A stretch of DNA of 64,000 bases, taken from Lytechinus pictus (Eukaryota). Of this stretch, positions 38,301 to 50,700 are shown piece by piece (the stretch's first letter is position 1; every line of letters begins with the position of its first letter). The notes under the pieces are model-generated. The model worked only from the letters and a program-made list of their open reading frames with translations. It made no database searches and was not told the DNA's origin. The stretch is from NCBI RefSeq assembly GCF_037042905.1, contig NC_087252.1, positions 20,400,001 to 20,464,000 on the forward strand. Reading direction: 5' to 3'. The translations under genes were made by a program, and so were the position numbers.

Positions 38301-38639
38301 TTCGCAACAGCACCAAATTCCCCGTCGGGAATACCCAGAAACAAAAGGAAATAAAAAAAAACAAATGTCGTTACACAGTACGATTTATTTCTATAGTTTA
38401 TTCCATGGATAGTTTTATTAAAAAAAGAAAAAATCGACAATGATTTGACATGAGAGTAGGCATGAAAAATGAGAAAAGGGAGTAAATCATGGTTACCAAC
38501 ATGCATTGAATGATGAGATCTGATTCGCCCGCTGAATTCATCCAGCTGAACAGCATCAGACTTTGGGGTCGTTTAGAGGGTATCGTTCTCTTTTAAGATG
38601 AGCGGGAGCAGACAAGGAACGATTGACAGGAACGTCTTA

Positions 38640-40351
38640 GCTTCCTCTCTTAAAATCATTATGTATATTTTGGATGAATTTAAGGTTTTTTCAGGGCTTT
38701 GCATTAATCGAAATAAATCTGAAATTGTGGCACTTGGTTATTATAAAGCACATCCTCCAGACATATCCTTTTCCGGATTAAGATTTTCTAATGGCCCATT
38801 TAGATTATTGGGAGTATATTTTTCACCTGACTCAAAAGACATATTTGAATTGAATTTTATTCCAAAGCTTAATGAAATAAAGAATATTTTAAGAGTAAGG
38901 AAAATGAGAAATTTAACCCCAATAGGAAAGATAACTATTTTGAAGTCACTCGGCCTTTCTCAAATCATATTTCTATTGTCTGTATTACCAAAACCTCCAG
39001 AAGATTTTTTGAAAGAATTAGAACATTTAATGTACTCTTTTATTTGGAATGAAAAACCGGATAAAATCAGTCGTCTTACAATTATTGGAGACTATAGTCA
39101 AGGTGGATTAAAAATGTTACATTTACCTTCTGTAATTTCTGGCTTGAAAATAGCATGGGTTAAACGTTATATGTGCACAGAAAATAAAGGAAAATGGAAA
39201 TGTTTTTTCGCACACAACTTGGTCACCTTTGGAGGAAAATTGTTTTGGACATGTAATTTAAAATACGATGATCCCAAAATATTACAAATAAAAAATCAAT
39301 TCATTCGAGAAATTTTAATTACTTGGAGTTGTTTAACATTCTTTCCTAATTTATCTGATTTAAATATAAAGAATCAAGTGTTATGGAATAACTCATTGAT
39401 CAAAGTAGATGGGAAAATTACATATTTATATAATTATAAATTATATATATATTTTGCTTAAAAATGGGATCATCAGTATTAAACATTTAATGGATGAACA
39501 AAACAATTTTCTTCCACATACAACTTAAAAAAAAAATACAAAATTAATTGTAATTTTCTTGAATATTATTCATTGATTTCTGCAATAATCAATAAATGGA
39601 AACATTTTAGTCAACATCTTGTTGAGAGTAGAACAACTCAAGAAGATTTGTTGTATAATTTAAATAATGTTTTTTAAGGCATGCAAGTTTATCCATAGAA
39701 TTTCTTTTGATAAAATCTTAAAGTCTCCTACTTCGCAATCAAAATGGGCATCCATTTTAAATGAACCGGTTAATAATTGGAACAGATTGTATATGATTCC
39801 CTTTAAATGCTGTCTTTCAACAAAACTCCGCTACTTTCAATATAAACTTTTCAATCGGATAATGGGAGTGAACAAACATCTTTACGATATTGGCTTGTCT
39901 GAATCTAATTTATGTACATTTTGTTCTTCCTCTGTTGAAAGTATTTCACATCTGTTTTGGGACTGCCCTGTAACTCAACAATTTATTCAAAACTTTCAAA
40001 CCTCTTATTTGAACAATGACGTGTATTTGAATAAGAATTTATTTTTGTTTGGTTTCCCTGACGCTCAATACTCTTTTGTAAACCGTTATATTCTTTACGC
40101 TAAATATTTTATTTTTTCAACACGTTGTAAGGGCGATCGGTTGTATTTTAGCTCTTTTAAGAACGTATTGAAACACTACTGTGAAATTAAAGAAGGTTCT
40201 CAGTCAAAAACATCATAATTTTGTTTTATCATTAGATAATAGTACACATGTATAGTTGTTGTAAACATGTTCGCTTCATGATTTTTGTTTGTAAATTGAA
40301 TTGCTTTCGTGTTTGATTTTGAATAAAATCTTTCTATGAAAGAAAAAAAAA
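38640..40351 (+). mobile_element. L1/Tx1-group LINE fragment, copy 3
   Basis: Near-identical to copies 1 and 2. Confidence 0.9.
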
Positions 40352-42565
40352 CCGGTTGGTGAAAAACAAACAAAAAAAGTTTCAGATCTGACGAAAAATG
40401 GCAAATCTGTCGCTTGACATGTCCAGGACGAAACGGCTGTTTTGATTCACCAATTTTCGACAACATCTTGATGGTTACTCTTTGTTATGAAGGGCATTTG
40501 ACAGTAGATTTTTTTAAAAATCTTCTTGGAAGCGTTCTGTTTCGTCTTGTGAAAACTCTTTAATGTTATTTTAGCAGCACGTCGAGATTAGTTATACCGT
40601 ATTTTTTATTTGTCAGAGCCCTTGATATCATTTCAAGGACTTGTTCCAGCTGGGTACCCCCTGACCTCACCTGAGTTGAGTTAAGCACAATGTGGGTAAA
40701 TTCCTTGCCGAAGAAAAACACGCCATTGCTGGGGTTCGACCCCCCCCCCCCCCCACTCTAATTGAAAACGAGAGTCGTAACCGCTAAACCACGACATCCA
40801 CACATACCGTAATACCATAATTATACCATATTTTTTATTTGTCAGAGCCCTTGATATCACTATTTATAAATATACATGTATGTCTAGTTATATATATTTT
40901 TATATCATCATTGTAAAACCCTGCACAATTGGCAGAGAAGTAGAATTTCTTCATTTGCACTGGCAACAGACCTGGATAAATGGAATTTTCTGCTTTTTTT
41001 TGAAATAAAGAAGACTTTTATCTATCTTTCTTAAATTTAGAACAAAAGATTTTGTGAACTCTGAATTTTCTTGAAGTCAACCAAATAATAAAAAAAACAG
41101 GTATTGTACCACTTGCGTAAACTATACCACACTATCGGTTGCATATTTATAATCAATTGAATGCCAATTCGTCCAAATGCCAACTCATCTGCTTTCATTT
41201 GGTCTACCATCAGTTCATCCAATATCCACATGATCTAATTGCCATTCTTCCACTCCCCAGTTCGTCTAATAACCAGTTGGTCCAATACACATTTAGTCCT
41301 TAAACCATGTGGTCTAATTAGATTATGTGTTTATTGGGCGAAATGAATGAAAATAAAACGAATATTAGACCAAGTGGTTATGAGACGAGGTGATGATTGA
41401 ACCAAATGGTTGTTAGACAAAATGTTGATGGACAGAATGGCATTAGACTAAATGAAGGTCAACCATGTGGTGAGTGGACGAATTGGCAGTTTACCGTGAT
41501 TACTGACCACTTTAATTCATGTCGCTCCCAACTTGCTATGTTGTATATACTGTTGAGATTATTGAAATGATTTTTATTTCTGCCATTTTTATATAATTTC
41601 TTATCTGGCTTATTCCACCTCATTCACACTCTCCCTCTGTACAGTTTATTACTATGTTGATTGAATTTGTTTACTAAGTTCTGTAGAAATGCTGTTTTTA
41701 TTTGTTTACTATATTGGACATACAATTCTTTGTTTGGGTAAATATCTACATGTTATTAGACTCCTTACTGGAAATAACTTTCTCGAGCATTATCCTGTCC
41801 ATGCTTACTCCGTGGTTAGTTCGATATTCAATGCTTGGGAAGTCAAAGATGTAGAATGAAGGAATCCATCGGAGTGTTGAGGCCCAAAAAAGAAAAAAAA
41901 AACTCAATAAAATCTACATAAAATGTAACGGGCATGTACTACTTATCTAGATAATTTGCCATCGGGAGATACTCAAGCGCGCAAAAAGCAGCGCGCTTTA
42001 TTTTCTTTTCCATATTCGTGAGCGTGTTGTTCTTACGGTTGGTATAATTGTGTCATCAGCGGTGTACTTTTGCTGTAGCTTCAACATCGCGTGTACGGCA
42101 GCATAATCCAGTATTTACATATCGATGATAATTTGCAACAGGGTATTTGCCCCGGGGGGACTTCCATTGGCGAGTGGATACCATGCGGGGTCTCAAAAAG
42201 CACCCTAAACACGTATTTTCCATATTCTGAAAATGCACCCCTTAACACGTATTGGCGTGTGAAACCCTACCCTTAACAATTATTGGAAACAAAACGATAC
42301 TCTTGGCAAGTATTCCCTGAAATTAGTCCAGGATAGAAGGGGTCGAACCTTGTTTTTTTTATATATACAATGTTTTTTGATGGTTTCTTGTCAATTCGAG
42401 GGTGCTGATTCCGAATCTGAATGATGCCACTCGTGTAAGCTTGAGCATTTTCTGCAAGAGAGAGAGGGCGCACTGAGCATGTAGCACGAAATTTTAGGAG
42501 CTTAGAAAATACACAACAAAATCCGTCTGCATCTTCTTCAAATAACGCTTTTTCACAACAGAATC

Positions 42566-43436
42566 ATGAGCAAAGTATCTAATAACACCAAATCTACTAA
42601 TGCTAAGGCATATTCCTTGCGGAATAAGCCTTCTTCCGACGATGAAATCAACGAACAAAGTGGCCGTCGTGAGTATGCAACAGAGGAGTCCATTGATAAG
42701 CTACGTAACGACTTTGACGGGTCAATGAATAAAATCATGGAAAAATTGAATATTATGAATGACGGAATTTCTAACTTGAGAGCAGAAATAGGAGCTGTGC
42801 GAAAAAACTACCACGGATCTACAAAAATTTGCAGAGGATACGACGGCGCGAATTGCGCATTTGGAGAATGTGGTGCTACCTAAAATGGATGAGAACGCCC
42901 ATGAGTCGGAGACCAAGCTAACAGATGCAATTACTAGTCTTGAAATACATGAGCGGAAACTCAACTTGTTGTTCTACGGAATCAAATCAACACCCGGAGC
43001 GCCCAAGACATCAAAGAATGCTTTACAGGATATTCGCGTCGCCATTTCTACCCTAGGATTCTCTCCAGAGAAGGTGAATGCAATGTATTTTGTGAACGCG
43101 CATCAGCTCCCACGCAGGCCCTACCCAGGAAGCAGCCAAGAACGCCAAACGCCGGACCCGATAATTGCTAGGTTTGGATCAATGTTTGACCGCGACGAAG
43201 TCCTACAAGCTTTCGAGAGCAAGGTTCGCGACAAAAATTCTCGTCCTGGATTCACTATCCGCACGGATCTCCCCCCACATCTCAAGGCCAAGCGATTTCA
43301 ACTTGAGAAATTGGCTTATTCACTACGTAAAGACAAGGGTAAATCTACCAGAGTTCGCCTCATCGGTACAAAGCTTCAACTAGAAACACGGGACAAGGGT
43401 AAAGCCGGAGCTCCCTGGGACATATACACAGAGTAA
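42566..43436 (+). pseudogene. L1-type ORF1 (coiled coil plus RRM/CTD-like), one frameshift; ~289 aa if repaired
   Basis: N-terminal heptad region, then ERKLNLLFYGI, AHQLPRRP, PDPIIARF, IRTDLPPHL, as in LINE ORF1 proteins. Removing one A from the A6 run at 42802-42807 fuses ORFs 42566-42883 and 42861-43436. Confidence 0.75.
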
Positions 43437-46400
43437 ACCCCGTGAAACTGGTGAGAAATCTATGCTTTCAATCACTATATTGTATTTTACTCACCACTAT
43501 GCCGTGTGTGTCCATCTGCAAATGTATAAACTATAAGTTAAAGTACAGAAATATTTCATGATGGCACTTGTCTTTGCTTTATAATAACAACTGGTGAGAA
43601 GTCAACGCTTTCTCTCCGATTAACGTATCTACTTTCATATTCCGTATGACACTTTATGTATAAAACATTACTTACAGAACATAAACTATACCATGATGGC
43701 ATTTTATTTGCTCTGTAATTTGACTCTTTGCCAAATTAGTGAATATGAATCCCTACTTCACATATCTCTGATTCATAAGTTGGCCTAAATCAGTGCTTTT
43801 GCGTTATTTTCAATATCAGTGCATTTGGTGCTCTTGAATACCTTTTGTCATCAATCTTAGTCTCTCATAAGCTAATCAAGTGATATTTTTCAAACACTAA
43901 GCCTATATTTTGATGAGTCTTTTCATAACATAGGATGTTATGTAAACTGAATATCTGAACTCAAAAGATGTATACTGGCCATTTAGCATAACGCATTGAT
44001 TCAACAAAAATGTTTGAACCATGGTATGCATGATATGTGTGGTAATTACAAACCTCCTTAGCATTGCATTTATTCAGTGGATTCTTGACCTGTCACCTAT
44101 ATGGGATCGTCAAAGGTTATGGCCTTCTAATTGCAGGAGTTGAATCTGTCTTTTCCAATTAATACACTTTTGCTTTCTTTTTCAATAACCCAATGCATAA
44201 TATATTTAATAGGGTAACACCATGGACCTAGGTCCATGAGAAAACTCTTCCTTCATTTTAAAGAAAACCCTTTAATAAGCAAAGATATAAATCAAACTAA
44301 GCGAAACAAGCTCCTAGTTGACATACTTTATATAGGCATCTTTAAACAATTATATTAAATATACCTTAGACTCAGGAGTAGTAATGGTCTCGTTCATGTT
44401 TACAGCTTGTTATTACATGAAATTTGCTAATAAGGTAGATTTACGCACTAATCAATGTAACGGCATATGAAAATGTACATTTTTCTACTTCTTAGCCCAC
44501 CACATACCGTACGTGACAACCCCGCCAGTGACCATGCCTTTTTTGGATGTTGGTCACTAACTTATGATAATTATGTATCACTCTTGTATTTTAGAACTTT
44601 TGATACTTCAACATTTTGCTGGGTAAACCTACATCCTTTATACACTAGACCTTTGCTTTTTAAAATTATTATGCATCACCAACTAGACTTTAGTTGTCAA
44701 TAATATTTGTTTTCATTTGAGCATGTGAAATGGTATATCAAATTGAGATTCTTTCATTTAAAAAGCTAAAAGCTACACCACATCTCACTGGCTTTGCTTA
44801 TATGACTATCATAATTATTCAACATTCTATGAAGCTTGCCTTAAACCAATCTATTTTATACAAATGAGTGAGAACTCATTTTTTTCCAATTGATTCACTT
44901 CAGTAGGTGTACCTTTTTAGCATAGGCCTAAAACTTGATCCCAATATTGATTTCCCCCCCCCCCCCTTTGGCCATGTTACTGACGTTGGCGTCCAAATAT
45001 TCCTTTCATTGAACATGTTGAATACTTGTCCTAATGCAATTTACTAACTTTATCATCTCTATAGTCTGTTGCTAGTAAATGCATTCTAGTAATTCATCAC
45101 ATCAATATCAGTCAGGCTGTCACTTGCCTATTTGCAATTTTGATATATTTTTATTCTAACCTTTACTCAGTAAGATCCGATAATGCACAGTATTATATTA
45201 AAAATAATAAAAAATAAGATAAGTGCACAGAGAGCGTGGGCTCTGCCCTATATTATGATACCTTTATAATAATACGCATATTTACTTAGTCTTGTATTAA
45301 TGACTCTATATGATAATCAAGAAAAGATAGAACAAGTACCATATAAGGTCATTGCCTATATGCTCTCTTTACTGTCTTTCAATAAGTATTTTTTTTAAAC
45401 TAAGATCTTTGTTTATTGATTGATACGTCAGCTCCATCCTGTCCTTGGGCATTTACATTGAATAATACCTGGTATTGAGATCAATCCTTGACATGACTCT
45501 TCTGTATCTTGATAATTACCTCTGATTTTTTTTAAAGAGGAAAAGAGATCACCACCATTACAGTATTTATCACATCTATATGAAATAAGGATGAACAATT
45601 TTCTTTAGTGCTAAGACTGTACATCTCAGGTAGAACTCCATGTTATACACATATCTGAACAGAATCTTACTACTTGTACAGCTATGGCCGTTGCTCTATG
45701 GTGATTATTTCTCATGATTGTTGACCTGTAAGATTTATATTGTATTATATATAGTAAAATGACCTTTTGATTAACAATTCTGAGGAATATGTATCTAAAA
45801 AAAAAAAAAGTATAACTTAAGCCATTGTTTGATTAAGTCAATTAAGTAAGCACGGTGATTAGTAATTGTACCCATGGTTCTGCCTCTTTGTACAATGTTT
45901 ATTTATTTCTTGCTGATAATAATCATAACAACATCATCTAAGTAAACCTTGGACACTTGGAGTATCATTTCCATTCTGGCGAGTGATGAACATTGGCCTC
46001 TATTTGTTATTCTGTCAGGATTGAGATTGAGGGTGTCTCGAATCATGATGTTGGCTTTGATCTCAGATAGTGAGATATTGTATGTACAATGTGTGCCCTG
46101 TCTTTTAGATGTAAGAAATCTTGTTACATCACTCTGAATGAAAATGTTTACATTATTATTAAAAGGCCTATATGCATTCCCATGATCAAGATTTTATTAT
46201 GGTTTCTATAGGTTCATTTTTTGTAAATACATATCAATCCACTTTAATAATGATATTTAATTGACTGTACTGACTGATATTTAATGCCCATGTATTATAA
46301 TATTGTTTTTGAGCAATATTCAGGCCTAATGAGTTTTTGAATGATTTACATAATTATGTATATATATATATATAAAGGCTTATGTAAACACACCTGACTA

Positions 46401-47451
46401 AACGGAGTTTGATGATTTTTTTTTTCTGCTCAGATGTGCAACTTTGATCTATGAAACAAAACTATTGTAAACAAATTGATGTACCTATAGCTTGTAAACA
46501 AAAAGAATTAGATAAAACAAGAATCTGCTGAAGGGTCATTTTAATATTAGACGAAGTTTCTTTATCACAATTTTGAAGAATATGAAGTATTTAATTCTAT
46601 ATAGCAACATTGCACTGTCAAGATTTTTGGAAATTTACTTGATTACAGAATATAGATGCACATATCAGTTATGTAAAAAAAGATATGAATGGAAAGGTAA
46701 CTGCATGCATTTGCGTTTTATACTTGTCTCATTGTCTTTATATATTAAAAAAAAAAATCATCAAACTATGGTGTATGCAGGTAGTCTCGTCTTTTGATTC
46801 AATCTATTTTTTATAGTTTTGATTGTCTGAAGTTTATCTTGTACAACTATTCTTAATTTCTCAAGAAGAACTCATGTCTTTAATTATGACAAGACCACGA
46901 AAAATGTATTTAAAAAAAAAAATCAGATTTATGGTATTTATTTTTACTCACAAAATGTGTATAAGGAAAGATATATGATAGCATTCATAGCAATTTATTT
47001 TGAATAATTCATGTCGTAATGCATATTACTTTTTGATGCAGACGCATCCACTTAATCATTCTTTTGCCTTATAATTGGCTCCTTATAGTGGTTATTAGTG
47101 GTTATACGATGAATTTTTCTACTGATTTTATATCCACGATGTTTATAATTTTGTACCAAATTAGCTTAATTATAAGGGCAAATTCTTCTTCTTCACATAT
47201 TTCCTTTTCTACTAACTTTATTCTCTTCCTCCAACCTTCTTGTGGGCATGACTTTACCGTGTATACCAAACGACGTGCAATTAACGTTCAATATGTATTT
47301 ATTTGGTTCGCACTCATTCCATTTGCAACAACAATTTGCATAGGTTTTGTTATCTTTCCCAAAGCCAAAGCTACAATACACATAGTATGTAACCTAATAT
47401 ATTTTAATGACATTTGTCAAATTAGGTATCAGTCTGGATTGAAATTCCTAC

Positions 47452-50400
47452 ATGATAAAGCGACAAATTTTTACTTTGATGACGAGTGAACCTATACAAG
47501 AATTCAGTGACCTAAATCGCATATATTGTTACATGTGTAAGCAAATGTGTCGGAACCATGACTGGAACGAATATTTTTCTTGTTGTAAACACTGTCTTGA
47601 ACACTTATTTCCTTTCAACCAGTTGAATGATAACGAGCTCGATGATGTAATATCGGCTGATGAACCCTTAGAAGACAATTTTGATAGAATTTCTCATTTA
47701 CATTTTGATCCTTTTTTAGCACATGAAAGCATTGTCCAAAATGACGATGTTGACCCAGACTTCCAATTCTATACTGAGAGTTCAAATGACTCTCGGTACT
47801 ATTGTTATGAAGAATTTAATACAAACTTTGAAAATATTGGTGTCCCGAGCAGCGGTAAATTTTCAAGCATTCACTTTAATGCTAGAAGTCTTTTAAATTC
47901 TTTTGATGACATTTCAAGCTGTCTTAACTCTTTGAAATTTACATTTGATATAATTGCCATATCCGAAACCTGGCTAAGATTCGAAAGTCCCCTTGTTTAT
48001 ATGCCTAACTACTCGCTTGTTTGCAATAATAGGAAATATTCTAGAGGTGGTGGAGTTGGAATGTATATCCATGACTCTTTTAATTTCGTAGTACGCAGTG
48101 ACCTTAATTTAAGCGAAGCAACATGCGATTCTTTATTCATCGAACTGGAACAGTGCTCAGGGAAAAATATCATTGTAGGAACCCTGTATAGAGCCCCATC
48201 GTTGGACATTAATTCATTTATTGAAGAGTTTGATAGCCTTTTGATCCGTCTTTCCAGGGAAAATAAAAGGGTATTTTTGACGGGCGACTTAAATATAGAT
48301 ATTTTAAAACACAACTCAAATTCTCAAAGTAAGAACTTTGTGAACTGTCTTTTCAGTAATTTTTTTCTCCCTTTAATTCACAGGCCCACAAGAATTACTA
48401 AGACAAGTGCCACCCTTTTAGATAATTTTTTGACAAATCAATTTGACTTAGATAGTAAAGGTGGAGTGATATACTCTGACGTGTCAGATCACTTACCAAT
48501 ATTTCATATAACTTACATGAATGTTAGTAAAATTAAATCGACAAATCATAACGTACTCCGTAGGTCTTTTACATCACAAAATATTGCGAAATTTAAAAGC
48601 GAAATCGAAAATTCAAATTGGGATGATATTTTTAATATGCAGGATGCTAATGAATCATATGATATATTCATAACCAAATTTACTACATTGTATAATAACA
48701 ATTTTCCATTAAAAAAAACACCTAGTAAGAAAATTAAACTGAAATGCTGGATGACCGATGGTTTGCTTCAATCTATTCGACATAAAAACAATCTATATAA
48801 AAAATATATCCATAAACCAACAGTTAGAAACGAACTTAAATACAAAGATTCTCTTAAACTAGTTAACTGTTTGAAACGGCAGGCTAAAAAACATTATTAT
48901 AAATCTAAATTTGAAGAATATAAAAATAATATAAATCGTACATGGCAAATGATCAAATCAATATTAAATAAAAGAAAAAAATCAACCTCCAACACCATAG
49001 TTTGTGACGAAGGTCGGTCGTCAGACCCGTTCCAAATAGCAAATGCTTTTAATAATTTTTTCGTTGAAATCGGTCCAAAGCTAGCTAATATCACTCCTCA
49101 AAATAATACAGATTTCAGAACTTATCTATCTGAACCAAATTCAAAATCTTTGTTTTTATTAAGCCAACGTGAAATATGTAACATTGTCATGCGTTTCGAT
49201 AACAATAAAGCCCCAGGTCTTGATGAATGCTCACCTAAGATTGTTAAACTTGTAATCGAACTAATTAGCGAACCTTTATGTCATATATTCAATCTATCGT
49301 TAACCTCTGGGGTGTTTCCTGAAAAAATGAAAATTGCGCGAGTTTCTCCAATTTTTAAAGCTGGTGACAAAGAGCAGATCGGTAATTATAGACCCATATC
49401 AGTGCTCTCTATATTTTCTAAAATATTGGAAAAGATTATTTATAAAAGGGCCTATAATTTTCTTGAAAATAACAAGTGTCTTTTTGAATCTCAATACGGA
49501 TTTCGTAGTGACCACTCAACAGAACTAGCTCTTCTCGAATTAACAAATACCATAATTGACTCCTTTGAGCACGACTCATTCGCAATAGGGATATTTATTG
49601 ACTTGTCAAAGGCGTTTGACACAATTAATCATAATATACTTTTATCAAAACTAACTAACTATGGTATTCGTGGAACTGCCCTCGACCTTTTTTCTAGTTA
49701 CCTCTCAAATCGGAAACAATGCACCGTTTATAACTCCGTTCAGTCTGAATTTAAGACAATTAAATGTGGAGTACCACAAGGGTCATTGCTTGGCCCACTT
49801 TTGTTTATTATATTTATTAATGACATTTATCGTTCGTCTAATCTCCTTTCCTTTATCATGTACGCCGACGATACCAATATTGTTTATTCTGATAGAAATC
49901 TTCATCACTTGTGTGAAACTGTAAATACTGAACTAACAAATGTTTGTAAATGGTTTTGTGCAAACAAGCTTACCATTAACTATAAAAAATGCAATTACAT
50001 TATATTCCGTAACTCCACAAGGCGTATTGATTTTAATCATGTAGTGGTGAAACTTAACAACCAAATTATTCCAAGAGTTGAAAATACAAGGTTTCTTGGC
50101 GTGATTATTGATAGTAATTTAACATGGATACATCACATAAATGAAATTGAGAACAAAGTTGCAAAAAATATTGGAATAATACATCGCCTAAGTTTTTACT
50201 TGCCTAAAACTGTATTGCGTACATTATATTGCTCTTTAATCTTGCCATATTTTTATTACTGTAATTTGGTCTGGGCGAACACATACCAAACACATCTTAA
50301 GAAATTATGTTCCCTTCAAAATAAAATTGTGCGTATTATTTCTCCAGATTACAATATACCACTAGCAAATACTGAAAATTTGTTTCATTCCCTAAAATTG

Positions 50401-50700
50401 TTGAAATTAGACGACATCAATAAACTTCGACAATGTCAGTTTCTCTACAGGTGTTTAAATTCTCAAATTCCACACAAATTTCGTGATTTGTTTACGCATG
50501 TTTCCAACATACATAATTTTGATACCCGCTCAAATAATCAAATATTCATTCCCAAACATAGAAAAATAATCTTTCAACACAACATTCGTTATACTGGCCC
50601 CAAAATATGGAACGAAATACCGGATTACATAAAACAATCTCCATCGTCAAGTAGCTTTAAGTATAAAATGAAAAAACTTCTTCTGTCATTTTATATATGA
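47452..50700 (+). CDS. Intact LINE ORF2: AP endonuclease plus reverse transcriptase, CR1 group, 1082 aa
   Basis: N-terminal CxxC..CxxC..FPFN; APE motifs HFNARSL, ISETWL, GDLNID, SDHLPIF; RT motifs NYRPIS, QYGFR, FIDLSKAFD, GVPQGSLLGP, YADD, FLGV. Confidence 0.95.
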   Translation: MIKRQIFTLMTSEPIQEFSDLNRIYCYMCKQMCRNHDWNEYFSCCKHCLEHLFPFNQLNDNELDDVISADEPLEDNFDRISHLHFDPFLAHESIVQNDDVDPDFQFYTESSNDSRYYCYEEFNTNFENIGVPSSGKFSSIHFNARSLLNSFDDISSCLNSLKFTFDIIAISETWLRFESPLVYMPNYSLVCNNRKYSRGGGVGMYIHDSFNFVVRSDLNLSEATCDSLFIELEQCSGKNIIVGTLYRAPSLDINSFIEEFDSLLIRLSRENKRVFLTGDLNIDILKHNSNSQSKNFVNCLFSNFFLPLIHRPTRITKTSATLLDNFLTNQFDLDSKGGVIYSDVSDHLPIFHITYMNVSKIKSTNHNVLRRSFTSQNIAKFKSEIENSNWDDIFNMQDANESYDIFITKFTTLYNNNFPLKKTPSKKIKLKCWMTDGLLQSIRHKNNLYKKYIHKPTVRNELKYKDSLKLVNCLKRQAKKHYYKSKFEEYKNNINRTWQMIKSILNKRKKSTSNTIVCDEGRSSDPFQIANAFNNFFVEIGPKLANITPQNNTDFRTYLSEPNSKSLFLLSQREICNIVMRFDNNKAPGLDECSPKIVKLVIELISEPLCHIFNLSLTSGVFPEKMKIARVSPIFKAGDKEQIGNYRPISVLSIFSKILEKIIYKRAYNFLENNKCLFESQYGFRSDHSTELALLELTNTIIDSFEHDSFAIGIFIDLSKAFDTINHNILLSKLTNYGIRGTALDLFSSYLSNRKQCTVYNSVQSEFKTIKCGVPQGSLLGPLLFIIFINDIYRSSNLLSFIMYADDTNIVYSDRNLHHLCETVNTELTNVCKWFCANKLTINYKKCNYIIFRNSTRRIDFNHVVVKLNNQIIPRVENTRFLGVIIDSNLTWIHHINEIENKVAKNIGIIHRLSFYLPKTVLRTLYCSLILPYFYYCNLVWANTYQTHLKKLCSLQNKIVRIISPDYNIPLANTENLFHSLKLLKLDDINKLRQCQFLYRCLNSQIPHKFRDLFTHVSNIHNFDTRSNNQIFIPKHRKIIFQHNIRYTGPKIWNEIPDYIKQSPSSSSFKYKMKKLLLSFYI

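Larger units (their letters stand above)
15360..41810 (+). repeat. Tandem segmental duplication: partial unit 15360-19547, full units 19548-31524 and 31525-41810
   Basis: Near-identical sequence at offsets of ~11,975 and ~10,290, e.g. identical 183-aa ORFs at 17404, 29378 and 39667. The unit length difference is mostly the satellite copy number. Confidence 0.95.
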
